Shown: positions 1 through 13,097, counted from the stretch's first letter. The stretch is 61,839 nucleotides of DNA from Octopus sinensis (GCF_006345805.1 NW_021832245.1:1-61839), one strand, 5' to 3'. Notes: generated from the letters alone by a model not told the origin. Translations and numbers: made by a program.

Positions 1-34
1 AACAAACCCGAGCAACGCCGGGCGATACTGCTAG
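1..34 (+). mobile_element. 3' terminus of a non-autonomous Helitron (cut by window edge)
   Basis: Hairpin CCCG-agcaacgc-CGGG followed by gatactgCTAG|T. Same terminus recurs at 8218-8248 and 38770-38801. Confidence 0.75.
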
Positions 35-61
35 TTTGAAATAAAATTGAATTTATTTCAA

Positions 62-176
62 AGAAGTTATCAGTCCTACTGCGTAGCACCTTCGGCAAAA
101 TGTCTTCTGTTGTAACCCCGGGCCGACCAAAGCTTAGTGAGCTGATCTGGGAGACTGAAACTGAAAGAAACTCATC

Positions 177-207
<31 letters not shown>

Positions 208-768
208 TGTGTGTGTATGTGTGTGTGTGTGTGTGTATGTTTGTGTTTGTTCCCCACCACCGCTTAACGACAGGTATGTTGTTTGTTTAAATCTTCGTAA
301 CATAGTGGTTCGCCCCCCGCCCCAAAGCCGACAGTATAAGTACCATATTTTACAAATACAGGGGTCAATTGTTCGACTAGTTGAGGCACATGGCCTAGTG
401 GTCAGAGCAGCGGACTCGCGGTCGAGGGATCGCGGGTTCGAATCTCAGACCAGGCGATGTGTTTGTTCATGAGCGAAACACCTAAGCTCCACGCGGGTCC
501 GGCAGAAGGTTAATGGCGAACTTCTGCTGACTCTTTCGCTACAACTTTCCCTCACTCTTTCCTCTTGCATCTTGCAGCTCACCTGCGACGGAGCGACCGG
601 CGTCCCGTCCAGGTGGAGAACCTATACGCCCATGGAAACCGGGAAACCGGCCCAGATGAGCCAGGCGTGGCTCGAGAAGGAACAGACAATTGTTCGGCTA
701 AAACCCCTTGAAAGCGGTGCCCTGCATTGGTGCAGTCCAATGACTGAAACCGGTGAAAGATAAAAGAT
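62..768 (+). mobile_element. Degenerate family-A SINE (tRNA-like head, internal TG microsatellite, ...GACTGAAAC..AAAAGA tail), interrupted by a nested SINE
   Basis: Matches the family-A body (ggccgaccaaagc, gaaactgaaagaa, (TG)n, ggggtcaattgttcgacta) and resumes at 687 with the tail gcggtgcc...gactgaaac...aaagataaaaga. Confidence 0.7.
380..686 (+). mobile_element. tRNA-Arg-like SINE nested in the family-A SINE
   Basis: A-box TGGCCTAGTGG, B-box GGTTCGAATC, anticodon-like TCG loop. Target-site duplication CAATTGTTCGACTA (366-379) / CAATTGTTCGGCTA (687-700). Confidence 0.85.
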
Positions 769-1058
769 GACGTTGGTTGTCATATTTGCACCGTGGGTCC
801 TGCCTTTGAAACTTGAGACAGTTTCTTACATACAAGAAAACCTGCTGCTGCTACTCCTGTCCTCATCATGGGAGGCTAAGAATATCTTGGATTTTTGCTG
901 TACTATAAGCGCAGTAGACATACCACATTCTACATTATTTTCTCCTCCTTTCTCCCACCCCATACTCATAGACACACCACTAATACATGCATACTACACG
1001 CATATAGGAATACACGAAGATATTACAAGCTTACAAACACACACACAACACACACCAC

Positions 1059-1105
<47 letters not shown>

Positions 1106-1804
1106 CATACACACATACACACAACGCTTACAGACAGGCTCATAAATTAAAACTCAGACATATGCACACGATCATGTCAACAAAATCTAACTTCGTCTGT
1201 CACAGCCAGACTTTATTAGAACACCAACATTGCTCTGCTTTCTCGAACCACTCACGTCATCTCGCTTCCCCTTGCTGCCTGCCTGCCTGTTTGTCTGTCT
1301 GCAAGCCTGCCAGTCCGCCTGTCCGTCTGTTTGCTTGTCTGACTTTTCTACATTGCACAATCAGTATTTTTTTTTCTTCTTTTAATTCTTTAATTCACTG
1401 GGAGGCTCCTTGTAACTCAGTTTGACTATACTTTGCAAGAATCTCTCTCTCTCCGTCTCTCTCTCTCTCAGTCTCTCTCCCTCGCTCTCTTGCTCTCCCT
1501 GTCTGTATAACTCTCTCTTCTTCCATATATGCATACGTATATGTGTGTGTGTGTGTGTGTGTGTTTACATATGCATACAGAAAGAGAAAGGCTGCATGAG
1601 CAAGAAAGATACACGCCCACAACTTTCTATATATGTATATACATAATTTGTGTGCGCGTGTGCGCATCTGTGTGTGCATGGGTGTGTCTGTGTGCATATG
1701 TGTGTATGAGCATGTGTGTGTGCATATATTTATATATGTACATGTAATATAAATTTCGTATTAGCGTATAATTCTGCATACATACATGCATACAAACATG
1801 CTTT

Positions 1805-1864
<60 letters not shown>

Positions 1865-1889
1865 CATGTACACATGCGTGTATATATGT

Positions 1890-1920
<31 letters not shown>

Positions 1921-1934
1921 GTACGTGTGTATAT

Positions 1935-2140
1935 ATGTTTGTGTGTCTGTGCTTGTCCCCCCAACATCGCTTGACAACCGACGCTGGTGTGTTTACGTCC
2001 CCGTAGCTTAGCGGTTCGGCAAAAGAGATCGATAAAATAAGTACTAGGCTTACAAAGCATAAGTCCTGCGTTTCGATTTGCTCGACCAAATGCAATGCTC
2101 CAGCATGGCCACAGTCTAATGACTGAAACAGCTAAAAGAG
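1935..2140 (+). mobile_element. Family-A SINE, 3' half
   Basis: tgtccccccaacatcgcttgacaacc...ctccagcatggccacagtc..gactgaaac tail, matching the other copies. Confidence 0.8.
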
Positions 2141-2489
2141 TATGTATATATGTTGGCTATAATTATTGCAAGATTATAAAGAAAGAGAAAGAAAAAAATA
2201 AAGAAGGAAAGAAGGGAAGGAAGAAAGAAAAGTATATATATATATGCTCATCAAATAAGATATGGTATTTGATTTTGTACTCATGTAGAGGACATTAATC
2301 AGTGCTGTTTTAAAGAATGGGTACCTCGGACAGTTTCCCCGGAAACTTCGTTGATCCAGGGGACTGATGCCTATCTATGAACTCAGTGGTTTGCTGTCAA
2401 TAAATACAATAAGCCCTTGCGTAAAGCTTTACGCGAGGGTCTAACAATGCTGTTGAGAAAGCTCAGCGAAGAATGTGGCAGAATCAGTA

Positions 2490-2491
2490 AA

Positions 2492-2552
<61 letters not shown>

Positions 2553-2609
2553 TGGCGGTGCCCCAGCATGGCCACAGCTTGTGAGCTGAAACTAGATTTT
2601 TAAAAAATG

Positions 2610-2666
<57 letters not shown>

Positions 2667-2669
2667 GTA

Positions 2670-2700
<31 letters not shown>
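2490..2700. repeat. (TAA)n/(TGA)n microsatellite with an embedded family-A SINE tail fragment (~2552-2600)
   Basis: Direct reading; ggcggtgccccagcatggccacagc lies between two TAA tracts. Confidence 0.85.
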
Positions 2701-2702
<2 letters not shown>

Positions 2703-2843
2703 TCTTGCTATATTCAGTTATGTTTTTTTGTTCATTTCACCCTGTGGTCAACTTTGATTTTCATTTTACCGAAGTTAATAAAATAAATGGTGGACTTGAT
2801 CCATCGCTCAATTTAAGAGCACCATTACAAACTGGTTCTTGAT

Positions 2844-3215
2844 CTGTGGTTCTCAACCGGGATCCATATGGCCCCTGAAGGTCCATAGAAAACTATTATG
2901 GCCCATGCAACAAAATAGTAAATTGCGGATCCGCAATAGTATTTTAAAAACCCTTGAAAACAAATTTTACTTTATATGTGTGTATTGGTATGTATAGTAA
3001 GAAACGGCTAGGTTTCTTCCTCTAACATTTTAAATAGTTCAACCAATACAAATTAGTGTGTAAAAAAAAAAAAAAAACCAAAATAGGAATTTTGAAAGGA
3101 GTCTCTATAAAACTATTTTTTAAGCATCGAATGGCAGTGTGGTGGGGGTCCACCACAATAAAACAGTAATCGAAGGGGTCCATAGATAAAAAAAAAACAT
3201 GGTTCAGAAACCCTG
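2844..3215. mobile_element. hAT-type MITE
   Basis: Imperfect TIRs CTGTGGTTCTCAACC / GGTTCAGAAACCCTG; 8-bp TSD TTCTTGAT (2836-2843) / TTCTTGAC (3216-3223). A related end fragment lies at ~45905-45955 (-). Confidence 0.7.
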
Positions 3216-3828
3216 TTCTTGACTTTCCTTTTGCAGAATCAACTCTTCTTTCAAGCATTTGGGCTACCACCACCACCACCTCCTCCTCCTCCTCCACCTG
3301 CCACCACCACCACCACCACCACCACCACCTCCGAAAGAGATACAAAATGATGATTTCGTAAACCGTAAGAGCCAGCTGTTCATTACATTATATAATGCAC
3401 AAGCGTTCCCTTATCAAAATATTTCGTCTTATTTAGGGATTCAAATATTACAGATATTAGCAATCAATTGTTAATCGAACTAACAGTTAACCCATTCTGT
3501 TATGGAAGTAATTGTGAATGAGTTACGACCTTCTAAATCAACGTAAATGATGATATTGATACGATATATCGCCATTATTGATCTTACTGTAAATTTATGC
3601 AAAATTTTCATTCACGAACCATTCACGTGACACTGTCTAGAACACCCACCCACCTCTCTCAATGGAACGCTAAAAGTATAGAACACTCGCTTCTATCAAG
3701 ATGAACTAATAAAGCAAGAAAATAGTGATGTCTTTGCTATTATTTTGTTTTCAGTCATTGGGCTGCATCTAAACTAGAACCCCAAGAGGGGCTCAGTGGT
3801 ATTTTTGGTTTTCGTTTACTTAATCGTA

Positions 3829-4258
3829 TACTCTTTTTACTCTTTTACTTGTTTCAGTCATTTGACTGCGGCCATGCTGGAGTACCGTCTTTAGTCGAGC
3901 AAATCGACCCCGGGACTTATTCTTTGTAAGCCTACTACTTATTCTATCGGTCTCTTTTACCGAACCGCTAGGTGACGGGGATATAAACACATCAGCATCG
4001 GTTGTCAAGCAATGCTAGGGGGACAAACACAGGCACACGCACACACACACGCAACACACACACACACACCACACACACACACACACACCACACACACATA
4101 CATGCGACGGGCTTATTTCAGTTTCCGTCAACCAAATGCACTCACAAGGCGTTGGTCGGCCCGAGACTATAGTAGAAGACACTTGCCCAAGATGCCACGC
4201 AGTGGGACCGAACCCGGAACCATATGGTTGGTAAGCAAGCTTACTTACCATACAGCCG
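3829..4258 (-). mobile_element. Family-A SINE, near full length
   Basis: Reverse complement of head (tggtaagtaagcttg...ccgggttc), CA microsatellite and tail. Confidence 0.9.
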
Positions 4259-4523
4259 ATCATATACATAGTTTATTTTTTTTTTGCATTGTTTGATGTT
4301 TATTTTATCGACGGTCCATCTAACGAGCGTCCATGCTGAATTGAAGTCATTAACTGAATTTTACTCAGAAGATTTGAGTTGACCTTAGGCTATGGAAGAA
4401 AATACTTAAAATACTTGCCAATGGTAGTGTGTAGTGAAAGCGAAATACAAGATCCTCGTGATTACAAAGCGTTTCACTTGATAAGTAGTAATTAGAACAC
4501 ACACACACTCACACACACACACA

Positions 4524-4556
<33 letters not shown>

Positions 4557-5356
4557 TACACACACACACACACTACACACACACACACTACACACACACC
4601 ACACCACACAACACACACACACTACACACACACACACTACACACACACACAACATACACACACCACATACACACACACACTACACACACTATACAACACA
4701 CACTACACAATTACACACACACACATACACACACAGACACATACACACTCACACACACACTACACACACACACTACACACACACATACACACACACACTA
4801 CATACACACACATACACACACACACTACATGCACACATGGTGATTGCGCCATCTACACAAATGATTGTCGTTTCCTTGCGCTTGTTCTGAATGGCATTTC
4901 TGAGTTCCTATCCTATCCATGACCACCTCTTTGATGATTGATTATTCAGACCCGTTGCACATCCGCATGGTTTGCAAAATAGGTGATTGACAAAAGTTGT
5001 AACTTGCTATGCAGTTCCAGTTGGTTAGGGTCGGTCTGCATACGTCACTACTCGTTTATCGCCATAGGACATTCAACAGATGATACGACAAATGAGATCA
5101 CCATCAAGAGACATCTGTACATCATTGGATTATAATAATAAACGCTTGTACAGCACGAGTACAACTCACTGAGGTTTTTGTGATTAGTACCTAGTGACAG
5201 GCCGAAGCTAGATGAACAGTAATCACGTGAAACCGCAGGATTTACATCAGAGTTTCCTCCTCTACAAGGATGATGTGAAAATAGTTCAGAGTTCTTCAGC
5301 TCGCAGTCGTTTTGCTGCCTGTCCTGGCACAAACAAAGGGTATTTCTACGTTCATA

Positions 5357-5587
5357 GGCGGCGAGCTGGCAGAAACGTTAGCACGCCGGGCGAAATGTGT
5401 AGCCGTATTTCGTCTATCGCTACGTTCTGAGTTCAAATTCCACTGAGGTCGACTTTGCCTTTCATCCTTTCGGGGTCGATTAAATAAGTACCAATTACGC
5501 ACTGGGGTCGATATAATCGACTTAATCCTTTTGTCTGTCCTTGTTTGTCCTCTCTGTGTGTAGCCCCTTGTGGGTAGTAAAGAAATA
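5357..5587 (+). mobile_element. Family-B SINE (tRNA-like head, Meta/MESC-like core GTCGACTTTGCCTTTCATCCTTTCGGGGTCG, tail ...GTAAAGAAATA)
   Basis: A-box-like GGCGAGCTGGCAGAA, B-box-like GAGTTCAAATTCC. 18-bp TSD GGTATTTCTACGTTCATA at 5339-5356 and 5588-5605. Confidence 0.9.
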
Positions 5588-6056
5588 GGTATTTCTACGT
5601 TCATACTCTCAAAAGATTTCTCCTCACTGCTGCACACACATCTGCGATGTTTTTCTCAATTCTGCTGGTTGCGAGTCTCCCAGATAACTTCCTTGGTCTT
5701 GGTCAATGCGACGGTCACACGCTACATAACTTCCTCCCAAGTACTACTGTAAACAGTGGAAGTAAGCTAGAACATTAAAGCAGAATTCAAGGTCAATCTG
5801 TGCTAAGTGGCTTCACTCTGCGTGCCTTAGCTTCGTTACTATAACAACAGTCTGGATAATTATTGATCATACCTCGTATATATATATATATAAAAATTAA
5901 TAAATAAAACATATGCATTTATACATACATATATGTACGTACCTACCTCTACATGTATATATACATGCATATATGGGTACAGTGTAAAAAAAAAAAGTCG
6001 GGTCTGCGTGAAAAAAAATGCATTGTAAATAAACAACGACAGATGAAAAAAAAAAC

Positions 6057-6479
6057 GTAGCTGTGGCAGTGTGGTAAGTAGCTTGCATACGAACCACAGA
6101 GTTCCGGGTTCAGTCCCGGAACTCTGTGGCACCTTGGGTAACTGTCTTTTACTATAGCGTCGGGCCGACCAAAGCCTTGTGAGTGGATTTGGTAGACGGA
6201 AACTGAAAGAAGCCCGTCGTATATATGTATATATATATATATATGTGTGTGTATATGTTGGTGTGTGTGTGTTTGTTCCCCCCAACATCGCTTGACAACT
6301 GATGCTGGTGTGTTTACGTCTCCGTAACTTAGCGGTTCGGCAAAAGAGACCAATAGAATAAGTACTAGGCTTTACAAAGAATAAGTCCTGGGGTCGATTT
6401 GCTCGACTAGAGGCGGTGCTCCAGCATGGCCGCAGTCAAGTGACTGAAACACGTAAAAGAGTAGTAAAAGAGTAAAAAG
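6057..6479 (+). mobile_element. Family-A SINE, full length
   Basis: Head, TA/TG microsatellite and AAAAGAGT-repeat tail all present. Confidence 0.9.
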
Positions 6480-6873
6480 TATATTGGGAGTACAATCGTA
6501 CGTACGGGAGATAGACACAGGGAGGATCCCTAATTCTTCATCAGTTATCAACCAAAGTAGTAATACTCGTTTTTGCACCCTTAATGATAAGACTGAAAAC
6601 TTAGAGATGTGAACTTAATCTTGGTCTGACTGGCATCCTTCTTCATGTTTCCTGAAATTCATTTTCACAACTTTATCGGTATTTTTACCTTCTCTGGGAT
6701 GTTACTAATTGATTTGAGAACTTTACATTGTTGGAAAACATATATGAATTTAATCCTGGTTTGCCTGGTATCCTACTTCAAGTTCCTGAAACTCATATCT
6801 ACAACTTTATCGGTATATTTAAACTCTCTAAGATGTTACTAATTGATTTAAGAACTTTACATTATTGGAAAAC

Positions 6874-7259
6874 GGAGGCGCAATGGCCCAGTGGTTAGGG
6901 CAGCGGACTCGCGGTCATAGGATCGCGGTTTCGATTCCCAGACCGGGCGTTGTGAGTGTTTATTGAGCGAAAACACCTAAAGCTCCACGAGGCTCCGGCA
7001 GGGGATGGTGGTGATCCCTGCTGTACTCTTTCACCACAACTTTCTCTCACTCTTACTTCCTGTTTCTGTTGTACCTGTATTTCAAAGGGTCGGCCTTGTC
7101 ACTCTCTGTGTCACGCTGAATATCCCCAAGAACTACGTTAAGGGTACACATGTCTGTGGAGTGCTCAGCCACCTACACGTTAATTTCACGAACAGGCTGT
7201 TCCGTTGATTCGGATCAACCGGAACCCTCGTCGTCGTAACCGACGGAGTGCTTCCATCC
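6874..7259 (+). mobile_element. tRNA-Arg-like SINE (same head as 380-686, different tail)
   Basis: TGGCCCAGTGG A-box, GGTTTCGATTCC B-box. 10-bp TSD ATTGGAAAAC at 6864-6873 and 7260-7269. Confidence 0.9.
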
Positions 7260-7508
7260 ATTGGAAAACCTATATGAAATTAGCTGAAGATTACTTGACA
7301 TATTATATTTGTTGTAATATTTGCAGCTTTAATAAATTGTTATAGTATGAAACAATTGTACTAAATTATCGGATCCATTCTTGTTGCTTATTTTTTGGTT
7401 ATATATATAAATATGTATATATACATATATGTATATATACGCATATATATATATATATCCTATACATCATACATACATACATACATACATTCATACATAC
7501 ATACATAC

Positions 7509-7550
<42 letters not shown>

Positions 7551-7851
7551 TATATATATAAATTAAATTAGAGATAAAACCACTATTAGGCAAATCAAAC
7601 AGCGGAAAACATAAACCAAAATATAAAAATAAATATAATTAATATAATATACAAAATATAAAATTAAAATTAAAATTAATCATTTGAATTTATAAATTTT
7701 TAATTTATATTTATAAATATTTATATTTTTTAATATTTTTTTAAAATTTAAAATTTATAAATTTTTAAACTTTTAATTTTTTAATATTTATTTATTTATT
7801 TATTTTTTTTATATATAACTATCAAAAAGGTATAAAAAAAGTTTAATATAA

Positions 7852-8248
7852 TCTTTATATATAAAAGTCAAGTTGTGTGTCTGTCTCCTACGATTTAGAT
7901 TCCTAACTACTCCCACATTTTGCGGTGCAGTTTAACCAAAACCGGGTATCTTATAGTCGTGATTCATATCGAGCCCTTCTGGGTATTAGCGCGAGTCTAC
8001 GATGAGTCTACGATTTAAAAAAAATTTACCATCATTTTTTTTCATTTTAATGCATTTTTTCGCTATTATATAAGGGAAGTAACTCTCTAAAAATGTCTAC
8101 GATGAGTCAACGATTTAAAAAAAAAATTACCATAATTTTTTTTCCATTTTTAATGCATTTTCTTGCTATTTTTTGGCTATAACTCTCTAAAAATGCTTAT
8201 ATAGTTATTTCCCTTACAAACCCGAGCAACGCCGGGCGATACTGCTAG
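7852..8248 (+). mobile_element. Non-autonomous Helitron, complete
   Basis: A|TC(TTTATATATAAAAG) 5' end, subterminal hairpin, CTAG|T 3' end, no TSD: canonical Helitron boundaries. Confidence 0.85.
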
Positions 8249-8588
8249 TATAATATAATATAATATATAATATTATATATGATGGAGAAATTGTGCAAAA
8301 TGTATAAATACATGATGAGTAAAACACTGGCACAGTTTGGATTATCTGTTGTTATCCGTGTATTTATGGCAGGAACTTCGTAGTGGCGGCCGGGGTTACA
8401 GTATTAATAAAATAGGAGATGGAATGTGTAATAGATTTTATTGGGTACACATATATTTTGTTACAGACATTTTAGAATGAATTGGAAATTAGATACTTTA
8501 TAATTAAATTATATATAAATAATTATATATATATACAACGGGCTTCTTCCAGTTTACGAATTGTAAATATATGTATGAGTGTGTGCGT

Positions 8589-8628
<40 letters not shown>

Positions 8629-8908
8629 TGTGTGTGTGTGTGTGTTTAAAGGAATTGTATTACCAGCTGAATCTGATGCACCGATATAATTGTCATTTGC
8701 AACAAAACCTGTTCGCTCCATCTTCTCGTATTAGAATTGGTGTGTATAAACTCTACGGATAATCACGGATTTTCACATGTATATCCAGTTAGAAGATATG
8801 TTCTACTGTCCTCGTGTGATAACATCTGGTAGACGATGTCCGAAGAAGAACTTGGAAAGGACACTTTAAGGTCATAACCCATTTATATATTATACATACA
8901 TACATACA

Positions 8909-8966
<58 letters not shown>

Positions 8967-8974
8967 ATATGAAG

Positions 8975-9170
8975 TTAATCCCAACATGAAAACACAAAGA
9001 GAAAACACAACAACGCGAGGACGTGGAACAAATATAGTATTATTGGACGGTCAGGAAGGAAGGGAAGAAGGAGCTTTAACGTTTCGAGCGGATCTCTTCG
9101 TCGGAAACATAGGAGAAGGAAAGATCCAGAGAAGGGAAGACAGAGGAAAAAAATCGCCAACGGTACACAC
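8975..9170 (-). mobile_element. Probable Penelope-like element terminal-repeat fragment with degenerate minimal hammerhead-like motif
   Basis: Minus strand 9075-9110 reads GTTT-CCGACGA-A-GAG(atccg)CTC-GAAA-CGTT-AAAG, resembling a minimal type I HHR core with a U4C change. Confidence 0.45.
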
Positions 9171-9383
9171 GCGGTCACGCACACACACACACACACACAC
9201 ATACACAAACACACACATATATAAATATATGTATATGTATACATGTGCATGTGTATATATATATGCACACATACATACGCACATATATACATACATATGT
9301 TTATATTTATATATGTGTACGCATCCGTATGTCCATATAGATACATAGGTAGCTGGACAGACAGACAGACAGACAGACGATAA

Positions 9384-9430
<47 letters not shown>

Positions 9431-9573
9431 CATACATACATACATACATACATACAACATACATACACGTACACACATACATTTAATTATTATGAATAGA
9501 TGTATAGATATCTAAGTGCTTATGTATATCTAGATATCTATGTTTATATGTGTGCGTTTGTGTGTTTTATATA

Positions 9574-9611
<38 letters not shown>

Positions 9612-10155
9612 CATATGCATTTATATATATATGTGTGCGTGTGTGTACTTTCATATACATACTGCATCCATCCATCCATCCATCCATCCATCCATACATA
9701 CATACATGCATACATACATACATACATACATACATACATACTACATACATACATACATACATGCATACATACATACATACACATAAATGCGTGCACATAT
9801 ATTTACACACATACACATATTCTAGAGAGTACATCATTTGGGAAAGGAAGTATATCAGTGCTCAGCCATGCTAAAACTATAAATGTTATTTATTGAATAA
9901 CGTTTGTAAATAATATTTATAAAGTATATAATTTCCAATTCATTCTAAAAATGCTAATTCAATGTCTGTAACAAAATATGTTCATAATTCAGTAAATTAT
10001 TTATGTTTGGATGCTAGACAGAATTGCCCTCGTGCCTTTTTAAACTCAATACATATTGAGTTTAACTAACGTGACAGTTTTTAACCGCAAGCTGCGGTTG
10101 AAGCTCAAAAATATATTGTACTTTGTATCGGAAAAGCAGATTGATTCTTGTGTAT

Positions 10156-10423
10156 TCTCTTTTACTCTTTTACTCTTTCACTTGTTTCAGCCATTTGATT
10201 GTGGCCATGCTGGAGCACCGCCTTTAGTCGAGCAAATCGACCCCCCAGGACTTATTCTTTGTAATGCCTTGTATTTATTCTATCGGTCTCTTTTGCCGAA
10301 CCGCTAAGTTACGGAGACGTAAACACACCAGCATCGGTTGTCAAACGATGTTGGGGCGACAAACACAGACACTCAAACATATACACACCATACATACACA
10401 CCACAACACCACACACCACACAC

Positions 10424-10480
<57 letters not shown>

Positions 10481-11018
10481 GTAAAGACCCCCTTCGGTCA
10501 TGAATGACCATGGGATTGCACCTAGAAAGTTACCCTCCTAGACACAAGTCTGGCAAGGTTGTTTATGGAAGACCAGCAGTCGCCCTGCATACCAGCCCCC
10601 CTCTCCACACCACCAGGTTATCCAAGGGAAAGACAAAGGTCGATACAGCTTGGCACCAGTGACGGTCGTCGCAACTCTTTCTACAGCTGAGTGAACTGGA
10701 GCAACGTGAAATAAGTGCCTTGCTCAAGAACACAACACGCAGCCCGGTCCGGGATTCGAGCTCACAACCTCACGATCTTAAGCTCGACGCTCTACCACTG
10801 AGCCATGCGCCTTCACATATATACATATATACATATATACATATATACATATATACGACGGGCTTCTTTCAGTTTCCGTCTACCAAATCCACTCGCAAGG
10901 TTTTGGTCGGCCTGAGGCTATAGTAGAAGACACTTGCCCAAGGTGCCACGCAGTGGGACTGAACCCGGAACCATGTGGTTCGTAAGCAAGCTACTTATCA
11001 CACAGCCACTCCTACGCC
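10156..11018 (-). mobile_element. Family-A SINE split by a nested SINE in its internal microsatellite
   Basis: 3' half at 10156-10400 and 5' half at 10855-11018 are collinear and joined by (TA)n. Confidence 0.85.
10477..10816 (-). mobile_element. tRNA-headed CORE-like SINE
   Basis: Minus strand GGCGCATGGCTCAGTGGTAGAGCG...GAGCTCGAATCCC head, then TGTGTTCTTGAGCAAGGCACTTATTTCACGTTGCTCCAG (CORE-like), tail ...GAAGGGGGTCTTTAC; inserted in (TA)n. Confidence 0.8.
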
Positions 11019-11326
11019 TATTGCTAAGTGTTATTCCAGTCATTACAGCATGAGGAATGTACGCGTGTGTTCCAGGGACTGAGCCACTGTATTTGATAGC
11101 ATAACAGACACACGGAAATCCCAATTTAGTATTTAGTACATTTCTTTCTACTATTGGTAGACTAAAAAAGGACTGAGCTTGAGTTATTGGCTGCAATTAC
11201 ATACTTGAAGTCAGAGTTGGCAGAAATTAAATCAGCTTGCAAATACACGTTCACTTTACTAAATTTATGCTCGGGCTAAGCCCGATCAGCCCGAGTGCTG
11301 GAGTCGCCACTGATATATATATATAT

Positions 11327-11559
11327 ATTTCTTTACTACCCACAAGGGGCTAAACACAGAGGGGACAAACAAGGACAGACAAACGGATTAAGTCGATTAC
11401 ATCGATCCCAGTGCGTAACTGGTACTTAATTTATCGACCCCGAAAGGATGAAAGGCAAAGTCGACCTCGGCGGAATTTGAACTCAGAACGTAGCGGCAGA
11501 CGAAATACGGCTACGCATTTCGCCCGGCGTGCTAACGTTTCTGCCAGCTCACCGCCTTT
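11327..11559 (-). mobile_element. Family-B SINE, full length
   Basis: Reverse complement of the 5357-5587 type; CCACTGATATATAT duplicated on both sides. Confidence 0.9.
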
Positions 11560-12820
11560 CCCACTGATATATATATATTATATATATATATTATATATAT
11601 ATATATATATATTATATATATGGTGGGGAGGTCGCTGTATATATGCGGTCGGGCGCAGGTGTGTGTAGTGGACCTTTGTGTTTGCATTTGTCCTCTACCA
11701 CCGCTTGACAACTGGTGTTAATTTGTTTACGTCCGTTCTCGTAACGTAGCTATTTGGTAAAAATGTCCGATAGAATAAATAAGTACCACACTTTATAGAA
11801 TATGCACTAGGGTAGATAAATGTTCTGACTTGGGTACAGTCCCATGACTGAAACGAGTAAAGGATAAATGAATGGAGAAAATATGATTGGGAGGTGGGGA
11901 ACCCGAAAACCACAATAAAATGTAATAACCGCTTCGCTTTGGGTCCTTATAGTTATTAACAGTTTTCTGGCAGAAGAATTATGCTAATAGGCAGCGATGT
12001 GTCTCATAAGAAATGGTTACATCTAAAAGAATAACACCTGGGTTATGAGTGTGTGTATATATAGATACGTATATATATTTGTGCATTTATATATATACAT
12101 ACATATGTGTGACTATATATATATATAAATATATACGTATGTTATATAAATATATTTTATGTTTTATTCATATATTTATAGATATATGTATATACATAGA
12201 TACATATATATATATATATATATTTTTAATCCAAACGGGAAACAAAAAAACAACAACAATGGAACAATTACAGTATTATTATTAATAGGCGCTCAGGAAA
12301 AGGAATATATATTTATTTATATATGTTATATAAATATATTTTATATATATTTTATTCACATATCACAAACAACACACACACACACACACATATATTGTTT
12401 ACTTTTGTTTTTCTCTTTTTGTTTTTCTTTTATTTTATTTCATTTATTTATTTATCTATCTATTTTTCGAATGACAAAAACAATTTGTTGGAGATATAAA
12501 TAATTTTTTAGTAGTATTTTTGGCAACTACGTACGCAGTTTTTGTAACTACATAGCTTATTTTGTTATCTGTATCTCTTGGCTTTATGCCACTGTCGTTC
12601 TTTTTTAAGGCTATAAACTGCGCTTCAAATAGAAATATGCGAAAATAATGGAATCTTACGCTGTGTAACGGGGGAGAAAAAAAAAGCAAAAACATAGTAG
12701 CGTAGCGAGAATATCTAAATTGTTGAGTTATTTTCTAATTCTGAGATTATAATTCAACGCGATTTAGTAATACATCTTCGGTTGGCAGAGACCGAATTCC
12801 TCAGAACTCATTAATGGAAC

Positions 12821-13041
12821 TACTCTTTTACTCTTTTACCTGTTTCAGGTAAAAGAGTAAAAGACTGTGGCCATGCTGAAGCATCGCCTTTAGTCGAGCA
12901 AATCGACCCCAGGACTTATTCTTTGTAAGCCTAGTACTTATTCTATCGGTCTCTTTTTGCCTAACCGCTAAGTTACGGGGACGTAAACACACCAGCATCG
13001 GTTCTCAAACGATGTTGGGGGGGGGGGAGAAACAAACACAG

Positions 13042-13097
<56 letters not shown>

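Noticed and set aside
385-460. tRNA-like sequences (also 6874-6950, 10740-10816, 60760-60821) as functional tRNA genes
   Set aside because: They lack complete acceptor stems and continue into repeat bodies, two with clear TSDs, so they are SINE heads.
3488-3720. TTAA-CCC start suggesting a piggyBac-like end (similar TTAACCATTTAGCATCC near 58750)
   Set aside because: No matching opposite terminus or TTAA duplication found nearby.
4880-5830. Possible coding remnant on the minus strand, interrupted by a SINE
   Set aside because: All frames contain multiple stops; only a vague resemblance to a LINE C-terminus, not enough to assign.
7620-7850. Almost pure A/T aperiodic tract; also the irregular CA/CTA tract at 4498-4830
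   Set aside because: Low-complexity decay or poor long-read consensus is a simpler explanation than function; cannot be tested without reads.
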